The notes below the pieces were generated by a model. It did no database searches and was not told the DNA's origin. It saw nothing but the letters and a program-made list of their open reading frames with translations. Both the position numbers and the translations under genes were made by a program. A stretch of DNA of 63,991 bases, the filler included, from Octopus bimaculoides (Eukaryota), in NCBI RefSeq assembly GCF_001194135.2. It is 6 parts of 6 records of this genome, joined end to end, with 100 filler letters (N's around TTAATTAATTAA, not from the genome) between each part and the next. Parts side by side here need not be neighbours in the genome. Positions count along the whole stretch, not along the records: positions 62,979 to 63,991 come from NW_026367851.1; 5 more parts are not named here. One strand, written 5' to 3'. Below are positions 62,979 through 63,991 of this stretch, in pieces (within the stretch, counting starts at the first letter, position 1; each line of letters begins with the position of its first letter).

Positions 62979-63839
62979 TATGTAATATATATACATACAT
63001 ATATATACATTACATATATACATATATGTATATACACACATATATACATACGTACGTGTGTATGTGTAATAGTAAACAAGAATATGTGACTATTCTTTCA
63101 TTTGAAGTGATCTGTTATTCAAGGATACGCGGGAGTGCTTCCACGTTTATTTGTCAAGATCTATGTGATCCATCCTCATTGCACTACAGTGTGTGTGTGT
63201 ATGTGTGTAAATAACGACGTTGTCCTACCGTCGAAAGTACATCCGTTATTTAGTGAGTAAGTCACGATTTTAGGGAGATGGGTGCTTCTTCTAGCAACGG
63301 AAGTGGTTACATAAAGCCTATTTCGTTGCACCGTAATTACAGAAATGAAATAAATTTGCTTCAGATAGAGGGTTTTTTCTTTTTCTTTCTAGCAGCTTGC
63401 GTTGCTACGTAGAGTCCTTTTCGTGGTATCGTAACATAAACATCAAAATCTAGGTCTGTTGAAATCTGGGTCGATTAAAAAGAAATCAAAAGCGAAAAAA
63501 AGAAAAACACAAGTCTTATGCATGACTTGGTATTTCTAAGATAATGGTTGTCCTATGACATTGAAAGCCTCCTTTCCGCTCTACATCGATGACTAATCCG
63601 AAATATTTAGGTTGTAGTAGGTTTAGATATATATGTGGTTATACTAATGTGTTAAATATTAGCGAAGCAGCAGTGAGAGGTAGATCTATACATCTTTACC
63701 GCTCTTCAACAGTCAATATTCTTAACGAAACAGTTTGTTGACCGTAACCCGGTTAATCTATTATATATATATAGTAAATACGCCCCTACACCCCCCCAAA
63801 AAAACGAAGAACAAACACACAAAAAAACAACAACAACGC

Positions 63840-63965
63840 GAGGACGTGGTACATGTAAAGTATTGGAAGACGCTCAGGGAAGGACAGAAAGGTGGTTTGA
63901 CGTTTCAAGCCAAGTTCTTCTTCAGAAACAGAGGAAAGTCCAATAGAAAAGGAAGACGGAGGAAT
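63840..63965 (-). mobile_element. Penelope-like element terminus next to (TA)n
   Basis: Carries the hammerhead motif below; homologous to 28171-28260. Confidence 0.55.
63895..63929 (-). ncRNA. Minimal type I hammerhead ribozyme motif
   Basis: Minus strand GUUU-CUGAAGA-A-GAAC-UUG-GCUU-GAAA-CGUC-AAAC: stem I GUUU/AAAC, full core CUGANGA and GAAA, palindromic ACGU helix III, GUC cleavage triplet; stem II is weakened. Confidence 0.65.
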
Positions 63966-63991
63966 ATATATATATATATATATATATATAC

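Overview
AT-rich, microsatellite-laden animal genomic DNA. The SINE and repeat content looks like octopus or another cephalopod (inference, no database check). The window is not one contiguous locus: five identical 100-nt spacers (44 N + TTAATTAATTAA + 44 N) at 8466, 33175, 47023, 60993 and 62879 join six unrelated pieces (1-8465, 8566-33174, 33275-47022, 47123-60992, 61093-62878, 62979-63991). The only confidently identified host gene is the 3' part of vigilin (HDLBP) on the minus strand: six GT-AG coding exons between 32921 and 22136 that splice into 401 codons plus stop, covering the last four KH domains and the conserved C-terminal tail. Its 5' exons are absent because the scaffold ends. 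The rest is transposon debris: at least four SINE or SINE-like families, CR1/L2-type, Tx1/L1-type and R4/Dong-type (REL endonuclease) LINE fragments, DD37D (maT) and mariner transposase fossils, hAT, piggyBac and Mutator-like MITEs, several long fold-back palindromes, and a Penelope-like terminus. Nearly all listed ORFs are translations of microsatellites or N gaps. The most interesting signals are: (i) a minimal type I hammerhead ribozyme motif at 63895-63929, with a decayed sister copy in a vigilin intron; (ii) a 99-bp, 97%-identical inverted retroelement pair bracketing two phase-0 vigilin KH exons whose 459 nt would circularise into a stop-free frame; (iii) large fold-back elements near 52-53.6 kb; (iv) a weakly supported plus-strand spliced ORF converging on vigilin. 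I found no CRISPR array, rRNA or complete tRNA gene.
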